From Candidatus Poribacteria bacterium (GTDB lineage: Bacteria; Poribacteria; WGA-4E; WGA-3G), in contig OZ251518.1 in the NCBI GenBank assembly GCA_965242965.1, positions 3,328,001 through 3,392,000 on the forward strand: DNA of 64,000 bases. Direction: 5' to 3'. The translations under genes and the position numbers were made by a program. This document shows positions 1 to 9,416 of the stretch, one piece after another. Every line of letters starts with the position of its first letter. The stretch's first letter is position 1. Under the pieces are notes generated by a model. That model had not been told where the DNA came from and made no database searches. It saw only the letters and a list, made by a program, of their open reading frames with translations.

Positions 1-1
1 C

Positions 2-1093
2 GGCTGGCAGATGGACCTTGCCTACAATCCGGCGGTGCTTGAAGCCGTTGCTGTCAGAGAAGGTGATTTTCTGGCATCTGGTGGTGTAAATGCCGCGTTT
101 CAGTCCGGGACTATGAGTGCAGGCAAAATCATGGGTATATGGCAAGCGCGCGTTGGAAGGACTGTGGATGCTACCGGAGAGAATGTCCTCACCGATCCCG
201 TGGCGGGTGTTACCGGCTCTGGCGAATTGCTGTCAATCGAGTTTCAAGTCAAGCAATTTGCTGAGGACGCATTGGGACTGTCCAATGTGCAACTCAGTAA
301 CACCGCGCATATAGGCGATGGCGGATCTGCTGGTATCCCAGCCCTGATCTTCAGTGAGGACTCACAGAAACCTCATAAGCGGATCTCTTACCATATCATC
401 AGTAACCCCGTTGTGGTAACTCACCGGTATCCTCGGGAGGATGTCAATCGGGATGGAATGGTCGATGTTCTGGATCTGGTAACGGTGGCAGGGCAACTCG
501 GTGAAGCCGCAACTAACCCACGCGCTGACGTAAACAACGATGGATTCGTCAATGTAATGGATGTTATCCTTGTTGCCCGGCACCCTAACTGGGGCAAAAG
601 TGTGACCCCTATTAAGGTTAGGGACGCGAATGATCAGGTAGGAGGGGCTCCGCTGTCCGTAAGCGTTGGACAATCGGCAGACCTCGCACCTGCAACGATT
701 CAGGCGTGGATCGACCTGGCACAGGTTGAGGACGATGGTTCCGCGATTTTCGACCTCGGCATCGCGAAACTGGAGCACCTGTTACAGGCAACGGTTCCGG
801 AAGAGACGAAGCTGCTGCTGAACTACCCGAATCCGTTTAACCCGGAAACGTGGATACCGTATCAGTTGGCAAAAGCCACGGATGTCACGGTGTCCATCTA
901 TTCGGTGAACGGCACCTTGGTTCGCACTTTGGCGTTAGGGCATCAGGCCGCTGGTGTCTACCAGACTAAGAGCCGCGCCGCGTACTGGGATGGCCGGAAC
1001 GAACTCGGCGAGCGCATCGCCAGCGGCGTGTATTTCTACACGCTCATAGCGGGCGATTTCTCGGCGACAGGCAAGATGCTTGTCAGGAAGTAA
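2..1093 (+). CDS. 5'-truncated secreted protein: cohesin-like domain, dockerin-like EF-hand pair, C-terminal FlgD-Ig/T9SS-type-A-like tail
   Basis: Frame is open from the window edge; dockerin motifs DVNRDGMVDVLDL and DVNNDGFVNVMDV; tail LLLNYPNPFNPETWIPYQL...WDGRNELGERIASGVYFYTL. Confidence 0.8.
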   Translation, partial: GWQMDLAYNPAVLEAVAVREGDFLASGGVNAAFQSGTMSAGKIMGIWQARVGRTVDATGENVLTDPVAGVTGSGELLSIEFQVKQFAEDALGLSNVQLSNTAHIGDGGSAGIPALIFSEDSQKPHKRISYHIISNPVVVTHRYPREDVNRDGMVDVLDLVTVAGQLGEAATNPRADVNNDGFVNVMDVILVARHPNWGKSVTPIKVRDANDQVGGAPLSVSVGQSADLAPATIQAWIDLAQVEDDGSAIFDLGIAKLEHLLQATVPEETKLLLNYPNPFNPETWIPYQLAKATDVTVSIYSVNGTLVRTLALGHQAAGVYQTKSRAAYWDGRNELGERIASGVYFYTLIAGDFSATGKMLVRK

Positions 1094-1154
1094 GCTGATT
1101 TGTAGGGGCAAGTTTCAAACTTGTCCCTACGCTTTTTCATTTAGATACTCCGAT

Positions 1155-1187
1155 GGGTAAAGAGCCTTTCGCTGAGGCTCTTTACTC
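1155..1187 (+). terminator. Hairpin after the FlgD-domain gene, possible terminator
   Basis: gggtaaagagcct...aggctctttactc inverted repeat; weak U-tract. Confidence 0.35.
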
Positions 1188-1286
1188 TGTCAAAACGAGG
1201 AAGCACCCTGAAAAATTAGAACTTTTTGATAAATATCCTGCCTAGCAACTTTCTGTTAACTTTTATTTTTACGAGGAGCATTGAGA

Positions 1287-2264
1287 ATGCAAAAATTTCA
1301 AGTCGGCTTGATTGCTATGCTGATTTGTTGTGTGGCTTTCGTTTCCTGCCACAGGGATCCTCAGAAGCGGATGATGGCCCCGGAAAAGCCTACTGAGCAG
1401 ACAATGCCGGTTGGTATGGGCCCAGAGATGATAGAATCCCCGACTGATACGGAACCCAGCAAAATGCCCGTTGATATGGGCGACGGTGATAGTGATGTCC
1501 CCGAAGGCATGGTGCTCATTCCCGCCGGAGAATTCCAGATGGGCAGCATTGATGCAGATGCAGACGGCGATGAAAAGCCGGTGCATACCGTTTCCGTGGA
1601 TGCGTTCTACATGGATACACACGAGGTGACGAATGCCGAGTATAAGGCGTTTGTCGATGCGAATCCGCAGTGGCAAAAAGGGAACATTCAGGCGGCGAAC
1701 TTCCATGATGGCGATTACCTCAGCGATTGGGATGGCAATAACTATCCCGCTGGGAAAGCCAATCATCCGGTGACGTATGTGAGTTGGTATGCAGCTATGG
1801 CATATTCGGCATGGGCAGAGAAACGGCTTCCAACGGAGGCAGAGTGGGAATACGCTGCCCGCGGTGGGCTGGAGAGTCAAAAGTATCCGTGGGGTGACAC
1901 GATTTCCCCCCGGAATGCCAATTACTACCCGCATGTTGGTGAAGCGACAGCGGTTGGGCAGTATGCGGCGAACGACTACGGCTTATACGACATGGCGGGT
2001 AACGTGTGGGAATGGTGCCTTGACGAATGGAAATTCGATTTCTACGCTGTTTCTCCTGACCGGAACCCGCTCTCTGGGGAACATAAGCTCCCATCGATAC
2101 AAAAGCAAAAGAACTTTGAAATTGTTCAATCTGTCCGCGTATTGCGCAGTGGGTCTTGGAACTCTAAAGCGCACGGTGTGCGCGTCGCCAATCGCGAATT
2201 CTATGAGCCTATGCTCACGAGTAGCGTGTTCGGTTTCCGTTGTGTGAGGGCTGTTGCCCCTTAA
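1287..2264 (+). CDS. FGE-sulfatase (SUMF1/EgtB/PvdO) domain lipoprotein
   Basis: Lipobox FVSC; motifs IPAGEFQMG, RLPTEAEWEYAARGG, GLYDMAGNVWEWC, GFRC; RBS gaggag 8 nt upstream; catalytic CxxxxC of true FGE absent. Confidence 0.9.
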   Translation: MQKFQVGLIAMLICCVAFVSCHRDPQKRMMAPEKPTEQTMPVGMGPEMIESPTDTEPSKMPVDMGDGDSDVPEGMVLIPAGEFQMGSIDADADGDEKPVHTVSVDAFYMDTHEVTNAEYKAFVDANPQWQKGNIQAANFHDGDYLSDWDGNNYPAGKANHPVTYVSWYAAMAYSAWAEKRLPTEAEWEYAARGGLESQKYPWGDTISPRNANYYPHVGEATAVGQYAANDYGLYDMAGNVWEWCLDEWKFDFYAVSPDRNPLSGEHKLPSIQKQKNFEIVQSVRVLRSGSWNSKAHGVRVANREFYEPMLTSSVFGFRCVRAVAP

Positions 2265-2282
2265 GACTGTAACCCCATGAGT

Positions 2283-2334
2283 GAGGCGGTTGAGGTGTGT
2301 CCTTCGGGCGCGCTTCAATCGCCTCTTTCTTTTT
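2283..2334 (+). terminator. Rho-independent terminator (copy 1 of a repeated terminator)
   Basis: gaggcggttgagg...cttcaatcgcctc stem followed by tttcttttt. Confidence 0.7.
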
Positions 2335-2354
2335 CTGCTCTGAATGATTTCACC

Positions 2355-2735
2355 GTAGGGCGGGGGCCTGTCCCCCGCCATGCTGGATCGAACGTAGCGC
2401 GAGGGACAGGCCCTCGCGCTACGGTTTAGAGAACGTTAATGATTCTAACGTAGGGCGAGGGCCTGTCCCTCGCCGTGCACCGGTCTGAGCAGCAAACATC
2501 CGTGGTCTCTGGATTGCAGGCGTTTTTCATCTAGGTCGCAGATCGCGGGGGACAGGCCCCCGCGCTACGGTAGAAAGTTGATTTTCCTCGCCAAGAGGTT
2601 CCTAATCTTGGGAATCTTGGGAATCTTGGAAATCCTGCTTCAGACTATTAAGATTGCGAGGGACAGGCCCTCGCCCTACTGTTTGAATGAATGCATGATT
2701 TCACCGTAGGGCGAGGGCCTGTCCCTCGCCATGCC
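2355..2735. repeat. Cluster of GTAG-hairpin REP-like repeats plus aatcttgg(g/a) 9-mer tandem
   Basis: Several gtagggcgagggcctgtccctcgcc / cgcgggggacaggcccccgcgctac copies. Confidence 0.85.
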
Positions 2736-2880
2736 CCGATCTCGGCAAAAACCGAAACGATGCAAGATCGCCTTCAATTTAAGTTGACACCGTTTGCAAA
2801 ATCGTATATCGTTAAACGTGTTGAATAGGGCGGTGCCCAGTATATTTCACCGTGCATCGCCATAACATCGGAGGTGAAGT

Positions 2881-3432
2881 ATGAGACGAACGCTGAGCAT
2901 CGTGTTGTTCAGTATAACGATTGTGATGGTGGAAAGCGGATGCGTGTCCACCCCAGTCCCTGGAAAAGCAGGCGAAAGTTTCAGAGATTATGAAAAGGCA
3001 TTTGATGCACGTCAAATCCTTGAGGCATTTGAAACGAATCGCATTGCGGCGCAGTGGGAATACTCTGGCAAGGTTTGCAAAGGATTCGGTAGAATCTGGA
3101 AAGCCGAATTTGATGGAAAACGGCATCGCATCTATTTTGAAATCGGTGATCCGATGCAAAGCCGCACGAAGAAAGTGCAGAATGTCTGTATTGAACTGAC
3201 CCCTGCCGAACTGAATAGGCTGCCCTACAATGTCCTTGCAAATGACATTATCTGGGTGGAAGGCACGGTATCGAGATATGAAAACGGTGTCATTGTGATC
3301 CGCGATGTTAGACGCTATCAGGTGAGAGATAGGATTGCGCCTTTCGGCTGGGACACACCGGGAGACAGACAGATCGATCCGCGGTTGTATAAGCCGAAAA
3401 CCGAAGTCGGCGAACCGGAACCTGTTGATTAA
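2881..3432 (+). CDS. OB-fold (tRNA_anti-like) putative lipoprotein
   Basis: RBS ggaggt; lipobox-like ESGC; ARQILEAFETNRIAAQWEYSGK pattern typical of this family. Confidence 0.6.
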   Translation: MRRTLSIVLFSITIVMVESGCVSTPVPGKAGESFRDYEKAFDARQILEAFETNRIAAQWEYSGKVCKGFGRIWKAEFDGKRHRIYFEIGDPMQSRTKKVQNVCIELTPAELNRLPYNVLANDIIWVEGTVSRYENGVIVIRDVRRYQVRDRIAPFGWDTPGDRQIDPRLYKPKTEVGEPEPVD

Positions 3433-3446
3433 TACGAACTATGAGT

Positions 3447-3498
3447 CAGGCGGTTGAGGCGTGTCTGAAGGACGCGCTTCAATCGCTGTTTCTTTTTT
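3447..3498 (+). terminator. Rho-independent terminator (copy 2, homologous to 2283-2334)
   Basis: ggcggttgaggcgtgtc...gacgcgcttcaatcgc stem followed by tttctttttt. Confidence 0.7.
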
Positions 3499-3509
3499 CA
3501 GCGAGCCTG

Positions 3510-3897
3510 ATTCTAACGTAGGGCGGGGGCCTGTCCCTCGCCATGCTGGATCGAACGATCGCGAGGGACAGGCCCTCGCGCTACGGTTAAAGGAAGGCTA
3601 ATGATTCTAACGTAGGGCGGGGGCCTGTCCCCCGCCATGCTGCGATTCAGGGGACGTTCGCGAGGGACAGGCCCTCGCGCTACGGTTTAAGGAAGGCTAA
3701 TGATTCTAACGTAGGGCGGGGGCCTGTCCCCCACCATGCTGCGATTCAGAGAACGTTTGCGAGGGACAGGCCCTCGCGCTACGATTCAGGGAAGGCTCAT
3801 GATTCTAACGTAGGGCGGGGGCCTGTCCCCCGCCATGCTGCGGTTTAAGGAGCGTTTGCGAGGGACAGGCCCTCGCGCTACGGTTAATGGATTCTAC
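3510..3897. repeat. BIME-like tandem array of four ~93-99 bp units, each an inverted REP pair
   Basis: gattctaacgtagggcgggggcctgtccc...cgcgagggacaggccctcgcgctac repeated at about 3510, 3603, 3702 and 3801. Confidence 0.9.
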
Positions 3898-3939
3898 ATG
3901 TCAACAAATTTCTGGCATATCTCGTTTAAGAAAAATAAC

Positions 3940-3968
3940 TTGACATTTCGGGAAAATTGCTATATAAT
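3940..3968 (+). promoter_or_regulatory. Consensus sigma70 promoter
   Basis: TTGACA-17-TATAAT. Confidence 0.8.
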
Positions 3969-4008
3969 ATATCTTGTCCATAATCAAAAAAAGGAGCCCA
4001 GCAACAAC

Positions 4009-4749
4009 ATGGGAATTACAGCCACAGAACAGCAATTTTATGAGGAAAACGGCTTCCTCCTGAAAAAAGGGCTTGTCTCAGCCGAAGACATTGCGCGGAT
4101 TCAGGGGGAGATTGAGGATATTCATAACCGCATGGCGGAAAACCCGACGGACGGCATCGGCATTTCGTGGGAAGTCTACGATACGGAAGCCCATCCGCCG
4201 CGGATTAAACAGTTGATGCACAGCGAGCTTGTGAGCCCAACGCTCAATAAGCTGCTCCGTTCCAACTTGATGCTTGACTGTTTAGAGGCGATGATGGGAC
4301 CCGATATTTCGCTTTTTCACAGCAAGCTGCTGCCAAAGGCGGGCGGCGATGGCACGGCTATCCCGTGGCATCAGGATTACGCCTATTGGAAAAATGATGA
4401 CAACAAGCCTGTCATGATTAACTGCCAACTCGCCATCAGCGATGCGAATCTGGCGAACGGATGCATCCAGTTTGTCCCCGGCAGCCATAAGTGGGGACTA
4501 CAAGAGCATGAGCGGAAGCAACAGACGTTCGGCGTGTTTTTGCCGGGCCACTACCACGAACGCGAAGACGCTGTCGCCGTCGAGATGGAGCCGGGAGATG
4601 GCGTGTTTTTTAACGCGTTGATTATCCACGGGTCTGCGCCGAACAATTCGCAGCGCGACCGGCTGATGAACACGTTCGCTTACAACGTCACCGGTAACGG
4701 CGCGGCGCGCTCGCGTGAAGTGTTACGAGGAAAACCCGATGCTTCGTAA
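4009..4749 (+). CDS. Phytanoyl-CoA dioxygenase (PhyH) family protein
   Basis: PWHQD HxD motif, NGCIQFVPGSH, IIHGSAPN...R; RBS aaggag. Confidence 0.9.
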   Translation: MGITATEQQFYEENGFLLKKGLVSAEDIARIQGEIEDIHNRMAENPTDGIGISWEVYDTEAHPPRIKQLMHSELVSPTLNKLLRSNLMLDCLEAMMGPDISLFHSKLLPKAGGDGTAIPWHQDYAYWKNDDNKPVMINCQLAISDANLANGCIQFVPGSHKWGLQEHERKQQTFGVFLPGHYHEREDAVAVEMEPGDGVFFNALIIHGSAPNNSQRDRLMNTFAYNVTGNGAARSREVLRGKPDAS

Positions 4750-5794
4750 AGAAGGTTTCTCCGAGCGTGCCTTTTACCGTAGGGCGAGGGCCTGTCCCTC
4801 GCTAGGTTTCGGGCTCTGGATACCGCTTTTCCTCATCTTCATGATAGCAGGCTGCGGCGGCGATGATGTCAGCAGCAGCAACTTCGCCCCACGGATTCTG
4901 GTTTTTGAGACAGACTCGGACATCGTGCCACCGGGCGCGAACGTGCCGATCCGGGTAGAAGTGGCAGACCTCGAGAACGATACCTTGACGTTCACCTGGT
5001 CGGCAACGGAGGGAAAACTCACTGAAACCGACACGGGCGCGGTTTGGGCGGCACCGGAGACTGAGCGCAAATACCAGGTCGAGCTCACTGTCAGCGATGG
5101 CGCGAAATCGACGACGAGCACCTTGGATTTGCGCGTCTGGCGCGTTCGGCCCGGCAATTATTATCCCCTCGCCGTTGGAAACCTCTGGCGATACCGCGAT
5201 GAACAAGGCACGCAGATTACGTTTGAAATCGTGGATACCATCCAGATCCAACTGGAAGGTGGAAAGACTGTCGACAGTTTTGTCCTACAGAAATCTAGCT
5301 CGGCTGATGGGCTTGAGAACGTCGTGAATTATACATACCTCGGCAATAAACTTAACGAGCAAGGCGAGGTCGTTGCGGTTGTGCAACATGCGCAAAATAC
5401 GACTTCGGGCACGACAGACACGATTATGTTTGTCCCCTTTCTGCCGCTCTATCAATTTCCACTCATTCCGGGAGAGGAATGGCATGTCAATTTTGAGGCG
5501 CAGTTGACACCGGAACTGTTTCCAATTGGCGGCGGACTTGACGAGTTTGAGGTGCTTTCCGAGGAAACCGTCAGCGTGCCGGCGGGAACGTTTGAGCATG
5601 TTTTTCAGGTCCAAGAGTCATTTCGGTGGGGGTTTGACATCGGCAATCAGGACTTTCCGCTTGACATCACCGTTGTGAAGAAGTGGCTTGCGCCCGATGT
5701 CGGTATCATCAAATTCACGCAAGCGCAAACCCGGGGCGAAGTTACCGTTGAAACGGTTTTTGAATTGGAAGTTTTTGAGCTCGTGTCGCCTTAG
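4739..5794 (+). CDS. Lipoprotein with N-terminal PKD/Ig-like domain and a beta-rich C-terminal domain (PLAVGNxWxY ... VSVPAGTF ... WLAPDVGIIK)
   Basis: Lipobox IAGC; overlaps the phyH stop; start codon uncertain. Confidence 0.7.
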   Translation: MLRKEGFSERAFYRRARACPSLGFGLWIPLFLIFMIAGCGGDDVSSSNFAPRILVFETDSDIVPPGANVPIRVEVADLENDTLTFTWSATEGKLTETDTGAVWAAPETERKYQVELTVSDGAKSTTSTLDLRVWRVRPGNYYPLAVGNLWRYRDEQGTQITFEIVDTIQIQLEGGKTVDSFVLQKSSSADGLENVVNYTYLGNKLNEQGEVVAVVQHAQNTTSGTTDTIMFVPFLPLYQFPLIPGEEWHVNFEAQLTPELFPIGGGLDEFEVLSEETVSVPAGTFEHVFQVQESFRWGFDIGNQDFPLDITVVKKWLAPDVGIIKFTQAQTRGEVTVETVFELEVFELVSP

Positions 5795-5799
5795 CAACG

Positions 5800-6165
5800 A
5801 TCGCGGGGGACAGGCCCCCGCGCTACGGTAATAAAAAACGTCTGATTAATCGTAGGGCGAGGGCCTGTCCCTCGCCAGGCTCTGGGGCACGCGAGAGATC
5901 GCGGGGGAAACCCGCTCGGATGCGCGTATGGCATCCGAGGGCCCCCGCGCTACGGTAATAAGAACGTCACCTTAGTCGTACAACGATCGCGGGGGACAGG
6001 CCCCCGCGCTACGGTAGGCCAGGCCGCTTCCTTTCACCGTAGGGCGAGGGCCTGTCCCTCGCCATGCCGCGATCGCGGGGACAGCCGGAAGGCAGCCATC
6101 GAGACCGGGAGGTCTCTCCTACCTCGCCATGCCACGATCGCGGGGGACAGGCCCCGCGCTACGGT
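5800..6165. repeat. REP-like cluster (A/B and C families)
   Basis: Multiple GTAG-hairpin copies. Confidence 0.85.
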
Positions 6166-6181
6166 GATGAGAACGTTTGAT

Positions 6182-7201
6182 ATGCAACATTCAACACAGA
6201 AAAAACCTGACATTTTAACCACAACCGTCGGTTCTTATCCGATTCCGGACTGGCTTTCGGTGATGCCGACTGAACAGGCACTCATCGATGCGACGCGCGT
6301 CGTCGTTGACATTCAACGCCAACACGGCATCGATATGCCCACGGACGGCGAACTTTACCGTTTTGATGTCAATCACCCCGATACTAACGGGATGATAGAC
6401 TATTTTATCCGTCCGTTGGGAGGCATCAGTGCAGAGGTAGGGCGGCAGGAGTGGCATGAATTTCGGCAGATGCAGACGATGGCGTTTCGCGCGAAACCCG
6501 CCGGGGTTGTTCACGCACCCCTCGGCGAAGGAACGCTCAACCTCGTCACCGACTGCCAACGGATGACGAGTGTCGCTGGCAAGGACATCAAGTTCACCGT
6601 GACGAGTCCCTATATGCTCGCGCGCACCTTGTTGGATAAGCATTACGGCGATTTTGAAGCGTTGCTTTCCGCTTTGGCAGAGGTATTGGCGGCGCAAGTC
6701 GGCGAACTTGACTGTGCCTGCCTCCAAGTTGACGAGGCGAATATACCGGGCAATCCACAAGACGGTCCTCTCGCCGCTGCTGCGATTAACATTGTTCTGG
6801 ATGCGTTTCCGGGAGAGAAGGCAGTCCATTTCTGCTTCGGTAACTACGGCGGACAGGTTATCCAGAAAGGGAATTGGCGCGCGCTGACAGATTTCTTGAA
6901 CCTGCTCCGGTGCGATCATCTCGTTTTAGAGTTGCAACATCGGCCAGAGGCAGACCTGGAGGCACTCAAAGCAGTTTCGTCGGACATTGTCCTGGGCATC
7001 GGCGTGATTGACGTAAAGAGCAACCCCGTTGAAACGCCGGACGAGGTGGCGGCAAGTATTGAGAAAGCCGAAAGAGTGCTTGGCTCCTCCCGGGTCGGCT
7101 GGGTGCATCCGGATTGTGGTTTTTGGATGCTCAAGCGTTCGGTAGTTGACAGGAAGATAGAGGCTCTGGTGCAGGGTAGGGATAAATACCTCGGCTATTA
7201 G
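6182..7201 (+). CDS. Cobalamin-independent methionine synthase, catalytic-domain-only (MetE-like)
   Basis: TTTVGSYP, TDGE, LQVDE, HFCFGN, HPDCG zinc ligands. Confidence 0.85.
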   Translation: MQHSTQKKPDILTTTVGSYPIPDWLSVMPTEQALIDATRVVVDIQRQHGIDMPTDGELYRFDVNHPDTNGMIDYFIRPLGGISAEVGRQEWHEFRQMQTMAFRAKPAGVVHAPLGEGTLNLVTDCQRMTSVAGKDIKFTVTSPYMLARTLLDKHYGDFEALLSALAEVLAAQVGELDCACLQVDEANIPGNPQDGPLAAAAINIVLDAFPGEKAVHFCFGNYGGQVIQKGNWRALTDFLNLLRCDHLVLELQHRPEADLEALKAVSSDIVLGIGVIDVKSNPVETPDEVAASIEKAERVLGSSRVGWVHPDCGFWMLKRSVVDRKIEALVQGRDKYLGY

Positions 7202-7208
7202 GTTAATC

Positions 7209-7364
7209 TAGGGGGTTTCATATTTCGATTAGTCTCGATGTTCCCGTAGCGCGAGGGCCCTCGCCCTACGATGAAGGGGGCTTTCTGCCGCCGCGGCCCC
7301 GGTAGGCGCGCCGCCCTATTGCATCGAGACCGGGAGGTCTCTCCTACCGGGGAAAAACACGCTC
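7209..7364. mobile_element. Degenerate TIR/REP MITE-like element
   Basis: Ends tagggggtttcata...aaacacgctc; 9-bp direct repeat AGGTTAATC at 7200-7208 and 7365-7373. Confidence 0.65.
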
Positions 7365-7468
7365 AGGTTAATCCGTATACCCGTGTCCCCGTAGGGCGAG
7401 GGCCTATCCCTCGCCGTGTCTAAATCGAAAATATATTTATCTCGAAAAGGCTGTAGAAAGGATACGAA

Positions 7469-7789
7469 ATGTTTGAAGTCCATTTACCGGCGTTGAAGAA
7501 ATATCAGCATATCGCCGGTATCACCGCGGGTGTGGGATTTGTGCTTGGAATGCTCATTCCCGCGTTCGCTATTTTCACGACGAGGTGGGCCTGTCCGTTT
7601 GGGGATGGGTTGCTTCGCATCGGCGGGTTTTTGTTGCTCACAGGGCTTGTAAGCGCAATTGTGTTCGGCAATCTTGTCGCCGTTTTCTTAATGGGACTCG
7701 CGAAGATGAAACAGAGGCGTGCGAACCGCACGCGCTCGCGTGTAACTGCACGCCGCGGGTCACGAAAGGGAAAAAACACAAATGTTTGA
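7469..7789 (+). CDS. Small membrane protein (2 TM, basic tail)
   Basis: RBS aagga; hydrophobic segments; overlaps the next gene. Confidence 0.6.
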   Translation: MFEVHLPALKKYQHIAGITAGVGFVLGMLIPAFAIFTTRWACPFGDGLLRIGGFLLLTGLVSAIVFGNLVAVFLMGLAKMKQRRANRTRSRVTARRGSRKGKNTNV

Positions 7790-8654
7790 ATTGCTTGAAT
7801 TCATTCAAAGCCATATTTTATACCTTGCCCTGCTCCTGGGGACAGGCGTGTTAGCAGGATTCCTGAACACGCTCGCGTGCGGCGGTTCTCTGTTGACACT
7901 CCCAATGCTGATCTTTCTGATGGATCTTCCGGGACTCGCCGATGCGCTCCCGGCGGCTGATGAGGCAGCCGAAGATAAGGATGTGACACCCTACGCCAAC
8001 GGCACGAATAGGGTGGCAATCCTCTTTCAAAACCTCAGTGCGATTCTGGGGTTCCGAAACAAGGGGATTTCAAATTTCCGTTATGCCATTATCCTCGCGG
8101 TACCAGCGGTTGCAGGAGCGGCAATCGGTGCCGTCCTCGCGACACAGACCGGGGATAGAGTCTTTGAACCCATTCTCGCCGTTGTCCTCGTGAGCATGCT
8201 CTTTTTAACGCTATTCAATCCTACGGAGTGGCTGCACGATAAAATCAACCCTGGTGACACGCACCACAAAATCATCACGGGTATCGTTCTCTTTTTTATC
8301 GGCATCTACGGCGGGTTCATTCAGGCTGGCACGGGATTGCTGATTATCGCCGCCCTACGGATTATTGACGGCGATGACCTGGTGATTACCAACTCGCTCA
8401 AGGTGTTTATTATTTTCGCCTATACCATCATCGCGCTTGGCATTTTTATCAGCAAGGGGCAGATTGTGTGGATTCTGGGGATAACCTTAGCCATCGGCAA
8501 TGCCACCGGCGCGTGGATTGGCAGTCATTGGGCAGTCGCGAAGGGTGAAAAGTGGATTAAAGTCGTGCTAGTCGTCACCGTGCTCGCCTATTCGATAAAT
8601 CTTTTCCTGAAGCCTTTTGGTTTGGATGTCGTGTCGCTTCTCGGAGTTGGCTAA
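7782..8654 (+). CDS. TSUP family (TauE/SafE) sulfite exporter-like transporter
   Basis: GFLNTLACGGSLLTLP, ANGTNRVA, GIYGGFIQAGTG motifs; multiple TMs. Confidence 0.9.
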   Translation: MFELLEFIQSHILYLALLLGTGVLAGFLNTLACGGSLLTLPMLIFLMDLPGLADALPAADEAAEDKDVTPYANGTNRVAILFQNLSAILGFRNKGISNFRYAIILAVPAVAGAAIGAVLATQTGDRVFEPILAVVLVSMLFLTLFNPTEWLHDKINPGDTHHKIITGIVLFFIGIYGGFIQAGTGLLIIAALRIIDGDDLVITNSLKVFIIFAYTIIALGIFISKGQIVWILGITLAIGNATGAWIGSHWAVAKGEKWIKVVLVVTVLAYSINLFLKPFGLDVVSLLGVG

Positions 8655-8663
8655 CTAGTCTTC

Positions 8664-9400
8664 GTAGGGCGAGGGCCCCCGCGCTACGGTTGTCAAGGCC
8701 GTCTCCCTTTACCGTAGGGCGAGGGCCTGTCCCTCGCCGTGCCTCGATCGGAACGAGAAATAACCTGGGTCGGCGCGCGGTTTTCGCGCGGATCGAACGT
8801 TCGCGGGGGACAGGCCCCCGCGCTACGATGAAAAAACGTGCCGCTTACCGTAGGGCGAGGGCCTGTCCCTCGCCGTGTCTCGATCGAGAGGGAAACGGCC
8901 TTGGTCTGTGTTCGTTTTTCGCGCGGGTCGAGCGATCGCGGGGGACAGGCCCCCGCGCTACGGGCCCGGAAAGGGTTCTCCTCAAGGTCCTTTAGGACCT
9001 TAATGTCTATAGCACGCGCAGTCCGCCAAGTCCTCAAGGTTCTTTAGGACCTTAATGGTTTTCGGTGGCGTTGCGTGTGCTGTCTATTAAGGACCTAAAG
9101 GACCTTAGCGTTTTTTTTCGTCGACGGGTTACTATAGACATGCAGGACCTAAAGGACCTGAAGAGGTGCCGTTTACCCTAGGGCGAGGGCCTGTCCCTCG
9201 CCGTGCCTCGATCGGGAAACCGGCGTTGGTCTGCGTGCGGTTTTCGCGCGGGTCGAACGCTCGCGGGGGACAGGCCCCCGCGCTACGGGCCAGGTAAAGG
9301 GTTTTCCTCGCCAGACCCGTTCGGGAGCAGGTGCTCCCGAACTACAGTCTCCTGCTCCGCTCTTGCTAATCGTGATAATCGTGCAAATCCTGCTCCTCTA
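8664..9400. repeat. Mixed repeat cluster: GTAG REPs, aaggtcctttaggacctt palindromes and aatc(g/c)tg 9-mers
   Basis: Direct reading of repeated motifs. Confidence 0.85.
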
Positions 9401-9416
9401 AGGAATTATCTCGTGC

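Noticed and set aside
3510-3897. Possible CRISPR array
   Set aside because: Units are ~99-bp inverted REP pairs with near-identical linkers (BIME-like), not unique spacers.
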